Assembly: GCA_002104905.1 (NCBI GenBank)
Contig: MCFE01000235.1
Location: 1 to 64,000, forward strand
Source of the DNA: Basidiobolus meristosporus CBS 931.73
Lineage: Eukaryota > Fungi > Basidiobolomycota
Direction: 5' to 3'
DNA length: 64,000 nucleotides
In this document: positions 48,123-62,489 of the stretch, piece after piece
Layout of the letters: the number at the start of each line of letters is the position of its first letter
Position numbering within the stretch: position 1 is the stretch's first letter
Program-made: the position numbers and the translations under genes
The notes under the pieces: model-generated
Database searches by the model: none
What the model was told of the DNA's origin: nothing
The model's input: only the letters and a program-made list of their open reading frames with translations

Positions 48123-49485
48123 TGTGGAAATGAAAAGTATTCCATTACTTCAATATCTCAAAACCAATGTTGCACTCATTTCTTTATTTTGCTATTGCTA
48201 TTGTAACTTATAAATAAAAGAACAAAAATTCCAACTTTGAAGGACAAAAGATCAAGACCCTGACAAGCAATCCACCCAACAATAATATTTTATGTAGAGC
48301 ACACAGCAATCAACCGATGTTTTAATTTACAGCTCATTTGAAGTAGTACTTGAGAAGTTATGATCAAAAGAGTCCAATTATCATATGTACTAGGCCACTA
48401 TTGCTAGGATTACTATGTTGACTTTGATCATGTGTAACTTTCTAACAAGCCAGCCAAATCATGTGATATATCTACAGGTGCTGCTCCTATGTTTGGCTTT
48501 TGCCACTGCCAAGTTTTAGCTTTGTATCATATGTATTGCTTGTGCAATTATGCAAAAATCTTGATCCTTCAGAATTTTCATATATATGACTTCCCCAGCT
48601 GAAAACTAAAAGCAGACCCTCTCTTTCCAGAATCTCCATACTACAATTACAAGTTTATGTGGTAGAATATTAGTAGTTCCACCTCAATATTCAGCTATCT
48701 TAGTCACTTAGATCATTACCTTCAAATCCTAGAGAATACTGGCCAAATTCCTTGTTGGGACTTGGAATATTTTCACTAAAATTTCAGGTACCCAGAACAT
48801 GAAAATTCTCAAAGGTGTCCAAACAGTCCCAAACTTTGCACACATGTTCTAGGGACCTTCCTTAACCTATTCTGTATGTTTATAATGCCAACACCATGTA
48901 AAAGTATAAATACTACTTTTACATTCAATAAATCATTAAGTGAACACCACATAATCTACTTGCCCTCCTAATCACTTCCAATATTTCCAAGACTCTTACA
49001 ACAGATTAAGGGTTATAAGACTTTACCTGCATCACTTGCACTGTTGGGTACTCTGACTTTGTTTGGTACTACATCAGTAAAGAGACTGCAAAGCTCACTA
49101 GAATCCAGTCTAGGTTCTACAAGAAAACTACCACTTTTGTGTTGGAAAAGTCCCCCCTAAGAAACCCCTTTACTCTAAAGACACCCCTTTAGACACCCTG
49201 TTAGAGACTCCTTAAAGAAACCCCTCTACCCTAAAGTCACCCCTTTTAACATCCCTTTAGGTCTGAAGACCCCTTTAGAAACTTCTACAGCACACCGCTT
49301 TAGGTTAAAGGGGAGTATAGTATATCCATTCAGGAAATATTTTCTCCAAAAGGAAAGATACTTCCAATTAAGAAAAAGTTATTACAAAAGTACATAAGCT
49401 CAATAGCTAACAGTAGGTCAGAACACTGCTGTAGAAGTGAGAAACACCGCCTATGGTATATTTTGAGCCTAAGATTGAGGAAATT
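48123..49485. mobile_element. Element Y copy 3, 3'-truncated, containing a copia-A solo LTR at 48658-49003
   Basis: Collinear with 5589-6700; A-LTR flanks GTTTA/GATTA. Confidence 0.85.
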
Positions 49486-51395
49486 AATCATGTGTCAATG
49501 CAATCCACAATGTATCTTGCATAATATATGGAAAATTCAACAATCACATTAGTTTTTATATATATCTCATATAAGAACAGGTTGGTGCCCATACACCACT
49601 GTATAAGTATCCAAATCAACCACTATGGTCCCTATACTAAGTCTCAACTCATCATTAGTTCAACCCAGACAAAACCCATCCCCCAGCTCAGAAGTGCAGT
49701 CTGGACTGGAAATGGCAATGTTGGATCCGTTCAAGTTCTTGCCAAATGATTTCAGTATGGCCCAAGTGTCTAGGATGAGCCTTAATATGGATATTTGGAC
49801 ACTACTCATTAATCTAGCGGAACTAGATACGTTGGAAAGTTGACAGAGATGGAAGAACCTGAAAAGAAAGCTGTGGCATGAGTCTACATCAAGATGCCAG
49901 CAGATGTATGTAAGAAGATATATAACAAGACAAGTATTGAAATCAAGAATGAGCTGAGAGTGAGGGGATTTGATGAAGAAGCCATGCAGAAACAATTTTG
50001 CGCGCAATTTGCACAGTACAGGCCAGATGTGTCTGTTTGGGCCTCAACTTTGGGAACCAAAGAGATTTTGTATGAGTTTTTGCCTCAAATGACTAATGTA
50101 TTACGTGATATATTAGTAGATCTAAGTGGCTTCTGAGAGCAATATCAGGAAAAGTATATAGGGGAAAGCAATCCCTCATCAATAAATCATCCCTTCTATC
50201 AGTAGCACTTCTACCTTATTGATTAGCAGTTGATCACTGCACCTGCCTTCAACAGTACATCTCAGACCTACCATCAAGGAGCTTTTCAGGGTAGTGCACA
50301 AGACACACAGAGGCCTTTGGAGACACTTGGAGCACCTAGGAAGCTAGAGAAGCAGGAGCTTTTACCATAGTGACACATTGACAAAAACACAAGCAGTTTA
50401 GACACAAAGGTTATTGCACCCATCAGACACCTCACACACCTTGAGTGTGTAGCTTCTCCCAGGAGTACCTTTACACCACCACAGCAGCCAAGCTGCAGCA
50501 TTGCACTCATCAACTAGGAGGCACAATACTGACTACAAATACGCAAGTATTCAAGAGGATAGTCAACAAGAAAGTAGTTTAGGTGCGCAAAGTAAATCAC
50601 TACCAAATGCTTCAGTAGTAATCCCTGTGAGATAAAAGCCTAGGAGAAGATGATGCAATTGCATTGAACTGCAAATATCTGTAATGATCCAAGCAACGCA
50701 TATTTTTTTACAATCCACATCAAGCCATTGCTAACCAGTAATCACTAAATATTTGATGTAAGTAATGTTAAGGCTGTCTCACATTTGAGGCAGGACCCCT
50801 CTAAATAAACACCCTGCATATGTATACATCATCTGTGGCACCAGTGCAGCCATTTGATCTCATTTGCATCCATATAATTGGTTGCATGCTAGCTATGACA
50901 CCTTGTGCAATCACTAGGATCAGGGATTTACTTGCTTAATGGGCAGAATGGGATATTTGATGGCAAATCAGGTAGCTTGTATATTGGTCAAAGAGTCAAT
51001 TGGGGGCTGAAGGCTTCAGGATACTTTTGTGCCAATAACCACTGAGATACCATCCAATTGGAGTGATGGTAATCAAAATAGTAAGTATCAGAGTAATTTA
51101 TAGTGTGATATGCATTTATTTCCATTTTCATTAAAGAAACATATTCAAATACCAGATTTTACCTACCATAATAGTGGTATCCAATTGCTCATATGATGCA
51201 AACATTACAAGTGGGCGCAATCTTTTGTGCCAACCTTATTGTGACAGATTGTGCCATAGTGTGCAAGATTGTCCCACATGGTGCAAAATTGTCTAAGAGC
51301 AATCCTGCCTACTGGTAGCTACAATATTGTGCCCAATTGTTCTTAAAGACCCAGATTGCACCACGCACCCTGGCATGGTACAATGGAACAAGTCT
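49485..51395 (+). mobile_element. PHIS copy 3: transposase end missing; ORF2 partly deleted and interrupted by an X-related fragment (50141-50483)
   Basis: Collinear with 25970-26615 and 27165-28078; intact right terminus GGAACAAGTCT followed by ATT. Confidence 0.88.
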
Positions 51396-51493
51396 ATTAT
51401 CTTTGAATCCTGTTTCTGGACTATTTCCTGATTTCTCTGGGTAATTGCACCTATCCTATCAGCCACTGCACCTAATTGCTTTATTAATCTATT

Positions 51494-52206
51494 AGACTTG
51501 TTCCATTGGATAGTGCCACATTAAGCCATGAGTGCCAAATGATACCATAGTGTGCCAGGGAGGCCAAGTAAACCTATACTTGGCCAAAGAGTGTGAAACA
51601 TAGCTCTGCATCTTCATGCAAAGTAGCACCTGTGTTTCACCTAGGATGCAGGAGAAAATCCATTTTTTGACATTTTTTGTGAATCAATGTTGTGTAGGAT
51701 GTGTAAGAGCATAAAGGCACTGAAGACATGCATCAGGTACTGCATACCCATGGCACTCTGAATCTAGCTCCTGTGGCTTGTAACATGTCACAAAAATGCA
51801 TGGCACTATCTTGGTGCACTGGTACTATCTGGCACTACAAGTGCTTTGTATATATCTTACTTTAGGGCCAATAATTAAATACAGTGCCAGATAGTGCCAT
51901 GCATTTTTGTGACATGTTACATGCCACAGGTGCTAGATTCAGAGTGCCATAGGTATTCAGTACCTGATGCATGTCTTCAGTTCTTCTGTGCTCTTAAACA
52001 ACCTGCACAACATTGACCTAACAAAAAGGTCAAAAAATGGATTTTCTCCAACACAATGGGTGAAAGACAGGGGCAGCTCTGCATCTTCATGCAGAGCTAT
52101 GTTTCACATTCCGTGGTCAAGTATAAATTGACTTGGCCTCCCTTGCTCACTATGGCATCAGTTGGCACTCATGGCTCAATATGGTACTATCCAACAGAAC
52201 AAGTCT
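51494..52206. mobile_element. Fold-back MITE 4
   Basis: ATT TSD at 51491-51493 and 52207-52209; spacer in the opposite orientation to MITE 1. Confidence 0.93.
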
Positions 52207-52863
52207 ATTGGTATGAGCTGACACCATACTTGCTAATATGGGTGGTGATGATGTTTTGACAGCCACTTGCTGGTCTTTAACTGAGGGTACTGCATTTGCT
52301 ACTTTCTCATCTGCCTGAGCATAATGGTCAGCTTGTGGCTCCACAGAGGCTCTCTATTACCTACTTGACTCAGAGCCTGAGGAGTCCACATAATTACCTT
52401 CAATGGGCACACTGTGCTCAGGATCTTTTTTTGATGTAGCCCTGCTTGTTGCACTGAATGTCAAAGCAAGCTGTTGTCCAGCCGTTCTTCTGTTGCCCTC
52501 AGCAGTGGGGTTTGTTTGGGAACCAGATGGCTTTGCTTTATTTTTTGGAGGCATATAAATGCAAGGGAGTCAAACCAGAGTGGAAATAGTGCTACATACA
52601 CGTGTGTATGTGGTGCCACAACTTTATTTATAATGCTTACTATGGTTGGTCATCATTGAATCTTACATTAACATCAGTGCAATGTCTCAAATACAAGACT
52701 GTCTTAAGCTCACATGAGTATTGACCAAAAAGTGATATAATAGCATTAAGTTGTTAAGGTCAAATTGTTTGCCCCATGGACAAGACTACTTTGACTCAAT
52801 GCCATAAGAGAAGAGAAAAAAGACCATGGGGCTATTGTGACAAGCCTCTCAGCCAAGAAACAT

Positions 52864-55008
52864 TGTGGTGGGGTATAAGTCCAAGGGAGAGATACATCCA
52901 ACACTTCTTAAGTGTTTTGTGTGTGGGGTGTTCACTGGGTGCAATAACCTCTGGCAAAAGCTTGCTAGGAGTACTTGGGTTCTGTCTCTAATCTAATGGG
53001 AAGGGGAATAAAGCCACAAGCTTGTCAAGGGAAAACTATTGAGCTACAATCCCCAACTTAGTTGGTGTCTTAATAAAAGTATGTGCTGGGTTCAGTATCC
53101 TTTGAGATGACAATTTACTAAAGCTTCCAAAGTCAAAACAACTGTAAACTCCACCAGCAGCAATTTGATAAGAATGCTGCTATGGTCAATAGTTACAAAG
53201 ACAGAAAAGTATCTTTGCCTGTACAAGAACAAACTTGGGAAAGAATCAAATATAATAAAAGATACCTACTCTGAGTATTCCTCACAAGTAGTGCCTCCAA
53301 GGTCAGTTGGCTGTCAGTGCAGTTTCCTGGGAGTGTCCTGTGGTCTAGGGTTGGAAGTTCAGGTAGCAGCAGGTAGCAGTGATCACACTAATCAACAAGT
53401 TGGTATATTGATAACAGGGATGATGATTTATTGTTGAGGGATAGCCTCCCTTATATACTTTTCTTACTAGCTAAGTGATTACTAATCATAGTGTTCCAAA
53501 AGGTTCTGGATATCAATAGAAATCTTAATGACATCAGAATGACCTAAGAATGTTCTGAGTAGGTGCCGGAAGGTTTTAAGAGGCACAGCACATCCAACCA
53601 ATCAGGAATCAGTATTCTGAAACCTGTGTAACATGGGGATACCATATATGGTATGGAAATGGTAGGGATGGTGACACAGGTTGATCATGTGTCACGGGTA
53701 CTGGCGCGGGTACTTGCTTAATATAGAAGTGCTTATAGCTAATAAACTTACATAACGTGGGAGTAACTTATGCAATAAGGTAAGCAGGTGTGACAGTCAA
53801 CTGGCTTATGGGATAGCACTGATTGGGTAAGACAAATGGAATTAAACTAAAATAAGTGTAGTAGAAATATTGGGAAGTAGAAAATAAGGGAATGAGTACA
53901 TATGTCAGTGGGTGTCACTGTCACCCCACTACACCATGCTAACAGCCAACTGACCTTGGAGGCACTACTTGTGAGGAATACTCAGAGTAGGTATCTTTTA
54001 TTATATTTGATTCTTTCCCAAGTTTGTTCTTGTACAGGCAAAGATACTTTTCTGTCTTTGTAACTATTGACCATAGCAGCATTCTTATCAAATTGCTGCT
54101 GGTGGAGTTTACAGTTGTTTTGAATTTGGAAGCTTTAGTACATTGTCATCTCAAAGGATACTGAACCCAGCATATACTTTTATTAAGACACCAACTAAGT
54201 TGGGGATTGTAGCTCAATAGTTTTCCCTTGACAAGCTTGTGGCTTTATTCCCCTTCACATTAGATTAGAGACAGAACCCAAGTACTCCTAGCAAGCTTTT
54301 GCTAGAGGTTATTGCACCCAGTGAACACCCCACACACAAAACACTTGAGAAGTGTTGGACATATCTCTCCCTTGGACTTATACAACACCACAGCGGTTTC
54401 CTGGGAGTGTCCTGAGGTCTGGAGTTGGAAGTTCAGGTAGCAGCAGGTAGCAGTGATCACACTAACCAACAAGTTGGTATATTGATAAAAGGGATGATGA
54501 TTTATTGTAGAGGGATAGCCTCCCTTATATACTTTTCTTACTGGCTAAGTGATTACTAATCATGGTATTCCTGAAGGTTCCAGATATCAATAGAAATCTT
54601 AATAACATCAGAATGACCTAAGAATGTTCTAAGTAGGTACTTGAAGGTCCTAGGAGGCTCAGCACATCCAACCAATCAGGAATCAGTACTATGAAACCTG
54701 TGTAATATAGGGATACCAGATATTGAATGGAAATGGTAGGGATGGTGACATGGGTTGATCATGTGTCACAGGTACTGGCGTAGGTACTTGCCTAATATAG
54801 AAGCACTTATAGCTAGTAATCTTACACAAAGTGAGGGGTAACTTTTGCAATAAGGTATGCATGTGTGATAGTCAACCGGCTTATGGGATAGTACTGATCA
54901 GGTAAGACAAATGGGATAAAATTAAAATAAGTGTAGTAGAGATATAGGGAAGTAGCAAATATTGGAATGAGAGCATATGTCAGTGTGTGTCACTGTCACC
55001 CTACTACA
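52864..55008. mobile_element. Composite of two X copies with an internal inversion
   Basis: Full reverse copy 52864-53933, CCAT, forward 3' half to 54392, GCGG, reverse 5' half to 55008. Confidence 0.88.
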
Positions 55009-56104
55009 GTGCGCAGACATCATAGGAAGTATTATAAGGATTATGGCCAGTGTTCTGTCACACAAGTCATATTTGACCATTTATTGGTCATTACTGTACC
55101 AACAATATCTTGCTGGCCAGTTGATAATTCTGTATTGGCACCTGGCCATCTTTGTCACCTTTTGCAAACTTAGTCAGGTGAGTTTGTGATGCCGTTAGGC
55201 TCACCTCAGCCTTCTGAATAAGGCATGCAGAGTGATAGCCTTGACAAAGAAGGTTCACTGATGGTTTTTGAGTCTATCTCCCCTAACAACAGTACCACAT
55301 ATGAGCCCAGTCAAATCCCTATATGCAATGAGACAACACCTGTTGAGACAAATGCCAAGGATACTCTATGGAGCCAAGTGAGCCCAGTAATCCATCTACT
55401 GGTGAATGATGTAATGTTGTGGCTAGAGAAGTGGTGCATTTCCACAAATATCAGTAATGGGGGCTCTGAGGATTTAATACTACTTTGTGCCAAAATCATA
55501 CCAGGATGCAACTTACTATGTACATGGTACAAGTGGACAACCATCATGCAGCTGGCAACATATGATCCAGAGACTGTCCTAAATCCAGCATGTGTTAACA
55601 GTGGCATGGCATTCACATCCAAAATGCTACCATTGCAATGTGTCTAAATTGTCAGGAATCCATTGCTCACACACCAGATATATTCCAGTCATACCCTGTC
55701 TGAGGAAGCTGATGCAGTCTGACAAATATTGCAAAGCTATACAGTACCGCACACAGTAACAATCAAGTGCAATCATATCTGATAAATTTGATGCCAAACA
55801 ATATAAACAGCTAAGAAGCAAGGGCTACTTTGAAGGTATGTATGGCCATGCCTTTGCCTCAGAACTTGATGGATTCTCATTAAACAAGTACTCTACCAGC
55901 AAATTCTGTTGACCACAGATTCTCATCAATCTGAATCTGCTGCCCATCTTATGGTATCAGAGCAATTATCTGATGGTAGTCTCACTGGTATCTGGGCCTA
56001 AATTACTGTCCAGCCTGGATAGCTACCTGTATCCATTGTTGGATGAATTTCTTATGCTTTCCAGTGGGATAACAGTATATGGCTGTAATGCAAAAGCGCA
56101 TAAC

Positions 56105-56819
56105 AGACTTGCTTTGTTGGATAGCGCCAAATGATGCCATAGTGTGCCAAAGAGGCCAATTGAGCCTCTACCTGATCACAGAGTGTGAAACATAGCTCTG
56201 CATCATCATGCAAAGCAGCCCCTGTGTTTCACCCATTTTGTTGGAGAAAATCCATTTTTTGACCTTTTTTTTTGGATCAATGTTGTGCAGGATGGGTGAG
56301 AGCACAAACAGATTGAAGATATGCATCTGGTACTCAATACCCATGGTACTCTGAATCTAGCTCCTGTAGCTTGCATCATGTCACAAAAATGAATGGCACT
56401 ATCTTGGTCCACTGGTACTATCTGGCACTATAAGTGCTTTGTATAGATCTTACTTTAGGGCTAATAATTAATTATAGTGCCAGATAGTACCAGTGGATTA
56501 AGATAGTGCCATTCATTTTTGTAACATGACACAAGCTACAGGAGCTAGATTCAGAGTACCATGGGTATTGAGTACCAGATGCATATCTTTGGTTCTCCTG
56601 TGCTCTTATACATCCTGAGCTACATTGATCCACAAAAAAAGATCAAAAAATGGATTTTCTCCTGCGCAATGGGTGAAACACAGGGGCTGCTTTACATGAA
56701 GATGTAGAGCTATGTTTCACACTTTGTGGCCAAGTATAGGCTCACTTGACCTCTCTGGCACACTATGGCATCATTTGGCACTCATGGCCCAACGTGGCAC
56801 TATCCAATGGAACAAGTCT
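56105..56819. mobile_element. Fold-back MITE 5
   Basis: Same termini; small deletion in the left arm; flanks AAC/ATT (TSD not clean). Confidence 0.9.
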
Positions 56820-57458
56820 ATTATCTGCATTGAAGATGCCCCAGCCATCAGCAAGATAGCAGGTTTCTCCAGGCACAGTGTATGGTATTACTGCTGAATG
56901 TGTGAGATCCAGGGGATTTACTCCATAACTCACACACATTATTATTACCTAAACATCAGCACTTGAAACATGATCTTTCCACAGAGAGAATGTACAGAAG
57001 TCAGCATGCAATTACAGCAAAGTTGGCAAGCTATAAGCCATTGGCTAGAGTATGGATTCAATTCAAAGCCAGAGATACTGAAGATAGAGGGTATATGTTG
57101 GAGCACAAGGTTTAAACTGGGAGCAATGCATTTGCTTTTCAGCAATATCCCTACACTGATGACCAGGTTATACATGGGGCATTTTAAGCTAAATGAGCCC
57201 TTAAAGATACCGGAGAATTTGAGAGAATTGGCAAGATATTACAGAGTATCCGCTACCCTAAGTACTTCTCATGGGCTCCAATTAATATTCTTATGCATAT
57301 GCAACAATACAGATGCAAAGACTGGATGAACTGGATATGTATTTATTCAAGTGATGTTCTGAAGCCATTCCTACCAAGAGTACATTGGAAGCATTGGGAG
57401 TCATATGTGGACATTATAGGAATGTTTATCCAGAAGTGGATCACCAATGCCAACTTGA

Positions 57459-60400
57459 TGTTGTAAAAATTTGTATTTCCACCTAAATATTCACCTACCT
57501 TAGTTGCTTAGATCATTACCTTCATATCCTAGAGAATACTGACCAAATTTCTTGTTGGGATTTACTTAGAATATTTTCACCAAATACCAGGTCCCCAGAA
57601 CATGAAAATTCCCAAAGTTGCCTAAACAGCCCCAAACTTTGCACACATGTTCTTGAGACCTTCCTTAGCCTATTCTACGTGCTTGTAATGCCATGACCAT
57701 GTAAAAGTATAAATGCTATGTTTACATTCAATGAATTATTAAGTGAAAACCACATAATCTACTTGTTATCCCAATCACTTCCAATATCTCCAAGACTCTT
57801 ACAACAGGTTATGTGCCCCAAGCTGTCACTCTCTGCAATGTCTACTAATGCTATTACTGGAATTTTTCCCTCTGCTGGAAAGTTGGATGGATCAAACTAC
57901 CAAGTATGGAAGGTGAAGATGAAGGTGCTGCTACAAGAAAGAGGCCTTTGGGATATTGTCACGGGAGAAGAATGCCCTCCCAAAGATGTGGGAGAGGAAG
58001 CCTTAAAGTACCAGAAGAAAGAACAAAGTGCCTTCAACTGCATTTGCCTCAATGTTAAAGACAAATTGCTAATTCAATGCTCAAGAGCAAAAATGGCAAA
58101 GAATGCCTGGGAGGCATTATAAGACACCTACCAGTCATGTTCAGCTGCTAAGAAAGTGTATCTGAGATGAAAATTTTTTACTACAAAGATGCTGCCAGGA
58201 GAAGAAATGAAAAATCTAATTAACAGAAATACCCTGCTGGTAGATGAGATGGAATCTGTGGGTGTAACAGCTACTGATGAGAATGTGATAGTTACCATCC
58301 TGAATAGCCTGGCAGACAAGCTTCAGGGCCTTGTATCAGCCCTAGAGTCCAGAACTGAAGATTTGATTATACATTATGTATATGGAAGGCTCCTGGTTGA
58401 AGAATCAAGAAAATCAAGCACCAATAAGAAGGAAGAGGAAAATGCTTTAATAAGCAATAATAGCCAACAAAGGAGGTACCCAAGACCCTACAAAGGCAAC
58501 AGCTACCTGTTTTGCAACTACCACAAAAAGAAAGGACATGCATCAGACTGGAGTCTCAAAAAGAGAGATTATCAGCAAAAGAAGCCTGAATATGGAAATC
58601 CTGCAACAGCTAAAGATAGACTAGTCATATCTGCACTGAATATGACAACAAACAAGAATTCTCAGACAAGGTATATTTACTCTGGAGCTTCTCAACACTT
58701 TACAGACCAAAAAGAACTTTTTACTCAGTAACAAGGAATTCTAATTAAGAAGTTTTTCACGGGTGACAATAGAACACTTGATGCTGTGGGAGAAAGAACT
58801 ATCCAGGTAAGCCTTGGAAGCAGTGACGGAAGCCATACACTGACCTTTAAAGAGGTACTCTATGTACCAGAAATAGCCAAGAATCTTCTCTCTGTAAGCA
58901 AGGCCACAGCAGAAGGACTCAGTCAGTTTTGACAATTCTGGATGCAAGATCACAGATCAAGATGGTGCCCATATTGCTTTGGGCATCAGAGATCAGAATC
59001 TATACAAGTTGGCTTATATTCCATCATATCAGGAAGCCAATATGAATAACTTAAATGAAGAAACACCAATGCTTTGGCACAGGAGATTTGGAACATCAAT
59101 TTTGATAATTTGCGTAAAATGATCAAAGATCAGCTAATTTCTGGAGTAAAAACTGATCCCCAGCTAAATTGGAGCACGGTGAAGCCTGCATATATGGGAA
59201 ACAAGCCAGACAACTGTTTGAGAGCTCTGGGTTAATCAAAACTAAGAAAAAATTTGATCTAATTCACTCAGATCTGTGTGGACCTATGCAAAATTTATCC
59301 TTAGGCGGGATGAAGTATTTAATCACTTTTATTGACAATTATACAAGATACACATGGGTCTACTTCATGGAGAGAAAGGAAGAAGCTCTGTCTAAGTTCA
59401 GGGAGTTGAAAGCCATGGTGGAGAGAGAAACTGGTGAAAAAATCAAGAAAATACACTCTGACAATGGTGGAGAATAAGCCTCAAAACTCTTCATCCACTT
59501 CTCCAAAATTCATGGGATAAAGCAAGAGACCACTGTACCATACTCCCCACAGCAAAATGGGGTAGCCAAACATGCTAACAGATCAATAATTGATATGGCA
59601 AGCCCTATGATCCATGATCAAAAATTATCCTATGATTTTTGGGCGGAATCAGTTGCCACTGCTGTATATCTTAAAAGTAGGAGTTATAACAGAATACTTT
59701 GTGATTCTACTCCATTTGAAGCATGGTATGGATACAGATCAAGTGCAGAACATCTAAGAATATTTGGGTGTACAGCATATGCCAAGAAACTGCCTGGAAA
59801 TCAGTCAAAATTTGAGCCAAAAAGTATAAAATGCATATTTTTAGGCTTCTGCAATGAGAATAAAGCATACAGACTCTACATTACCAAAGCAAAGAAGCTA
59901 ATTAAGTCCAGGGATATGTTGTTTGATGAAAATGCAAAATTTTCACAAAAAATGACATCAAATGATGATGAAAATCTGATCTCAAATCCACCAATTGTCA
60001 GGATTGAATCAGCGCAAAACAATGAGTATTTTTTCACTCCAGAGAACTCTACAACCATGGTTCCGTCAGAATCAGTGCCCAGGAATATCCCAGTAGTGAT
60101 CACTCCAGTATCAAATGCCCAAAGATCCAATTGGACAAGAAATAACCCAAATTACTATATCACTGAGGGTACAAACTTAGCCTATGCCTACTTAGTCCAT
60201 ATTGATGAGCCCCAGACTGTAAAAAGGGCCCTAAATAGCCCTCAGACAAGGTTTTGGAGATCTGCAATGACTGATGAATATCAGGCCCTGATGGAAAATC
60301 AAACTTGGGACTTAGTCAAATTACCAATCAACCAAAAATCAATTGGATGCAGATGGGTCTTCAAGACAAAATACAAGGCTGATGGTACAATTGAAAGATA

Positions 60401-61634
60401 CAAAGCAAGACTTGTAGCCAAAGGATACTCTCAAACAAAAGGACTTGACTATACTGAGACCTTTGCACCGGTAGCCAAGTTTAATTCCATCAGATTAATA
60501 TTGGCTATTGCAGCCAAATATAAGTTTTTTATTCATCAAATGGATTTAAAAACTGCATTTTTGAATGGAGAACTTTGGTGCCATATGAAAGCCCTGACTT
60601 TCCTTATTAGCCTATAGTCAGCAGTCTGATGTATATCATGCCTGGAACACGTTCAGATATCTCATATTCAGTGGGAGTTGTCATCCCACATAATCAGAGC
60701 TATGGATCTGATCATATTGCAGCAGCTAAGCAGATTTTTAGATACCTAAAAGGAACTGCTGATATCTGCCTAAGATACACTTATAAGGATTCAGAACAGG
60801 ATCTTGTGGGATATTCTGATACTGATTGGGGACAAAATTTAGAAGACAGAAGATCCACCACAGGATACACCTTTTTTACAATAAAGGAGCAAATTCATGG
60901 AATTCAAGAAAGCAACCAACTGTAGCACTTTCTACCACAGAGGCAGAGTATATGGCAGCCTGTGAAGCTACAAAAGAAGCAATGTGGTTAAGAGAGCTTT
61001 TTGCAGATTTAGGCCTATGTCAAAAAACGCCTATTACTTTATTTCAAGAAAATCAAGGATGTATACAATTAAGTAGAGATCCAACTTTTCATGCTAGAAC
61101 CAAGCACATAGATATTAGGCATCATTTCATACATAAAGCTATAGAGAATAACTTAGTCAGCTTAGCTTACTGTCCTGTAGATGAAACAATTGCAGACATA
61201 TTTACCAAACCATTAGCTAGAGACAAGTTTGAATATCTTAGGTCAAAATTAGGACTAGTCCATATGAACATTTAGCTGAGTGGGAGTGTGGCAAAAGTTT
61301 GTATTTCCACCTGAATATTCTCCTAACTTAGTCACTTAGATCATTACCTTCATATCCTAGAGAATATGACCAAATTTCTTGTTGGGATTTACTTAGAATA
61401 TTTTCACCAAAATACCAGGTACCCAGAACATAAAAATTCTCAAGGTTGTCCAAACAGACCCAAACTTTGCACACATGTTCTTGGGACCTTCCTTAACGTA
61501 TTCTACATGCTTGTTATGCCAAGACCATTTAAAAGTATAAATACTACTTTTACATTCAATAAATTGTTAAGTGAAAACCACATAATCTACTTGTTCTCCA
61601 AATCACTTCCAATATCTCCAAGACTCTTACAGCA
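57459..61634 (+). mobile_element. Copia A4: both LTRs present, decayed gag-pol with an internal RT deletion near 60575
   Basis: LTRs 57459-57806 and 61287-61634; perfect CTTGA TSD at 57454-57458 and 61635-61639; PBS GGTTATGTGCCC; PPT TGAGTGGGAG. Confidence 0.94.
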
Positions 61635-61859
61635 CTTGACACATCTACAGCTGTTGTGCAAGGAGTTTGTGACAGGATTTGGGCAGCTATACTACAAGCA
61701 TAATGCTGAAAGCATAGATCTCTGCCACTACTGCATCCATTTTATCTCAAGAAAATCCAGGATATATGCCTGGGCAGAAGTCTAACTTTTCATGCCAGTT
61801 CTAAACATATAGATACTAGATAAGATAACATACATGAAACTATAGAAAATCACTTATTT

Positions 61860-62390
61860 AGCTTGGTATATTGTCCTAGATGAAATGATTGCAGACATAT
61901 TTACCAAACCATTAGCAAGAGACAGATTTAGATATTGGGTTAAAATTAGCACTAGTTGAGATGAGCATTTGTTGAGTGGGAGCATTGCAACAATTTGTAA
62001 TTCCACATAAATATCCGCCTAACTGGGTCACTTGGATTATTACCTTCAGATCTTAGTGAATACTGGCCAGATTTCTTGTTGGGATTTACTTACAATAGTT
62101 TCACCAAAATATCACAAACCCAGAACATGAGAATTGTCAAAGTTATCCAAACCACCCCAAACTTTGCATATCTGCTCTTAAGACCTTCCTGAGCCTATTT
62201 TTGTATATTCTATGCCAAGGCCATGTAAAAGAATCATCACTATTTTTACATTCAGTAAGTCTTTGAGTGGAAACAATATGATCAACTTGGCATACTAATC
62301 ACTTCTAGTACTCTCAAAACTCTTACAACAGGTTACCAGCCCCAAGCTGTCACTCTCTGCAGTGTCCACCACTGCTACTACTGGACCTAC
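61860..62390 (+). mobile_element. Old copia-A relic: RNase H end, PPT, LTR (~61984-62330), PBS and gag start (tandem arrangement sharing one LTR)
   Basis: [15 protein letters not shown] upstream; GGTTACCAGCCC and a gag-like leader downstream. Confidence 0.7.
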
Positions 62391-62489
62391 TTATCCTCCT
62401 AATCACCTCCAATATCTCCAATACTCTGACAACATACACAATTATTTCTGGGAGCAGATACCATTCATGTCCTCATTGAAAGCCCCTTT

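Larger units (their letters stand above)
51399..61800 (+). mobile_element. CACTA copy C2 carrying MITE 4, an X-in-X insertion, MITE 5 and copia A4
   Basis: Segments 51399-51493, 52207-52863, 55009-56104, 56820-57458 and 61635-61800 are collinear with C1; partner ORF MPPKNKAK… at 52357-52554 (-). Confidence 0.8.
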
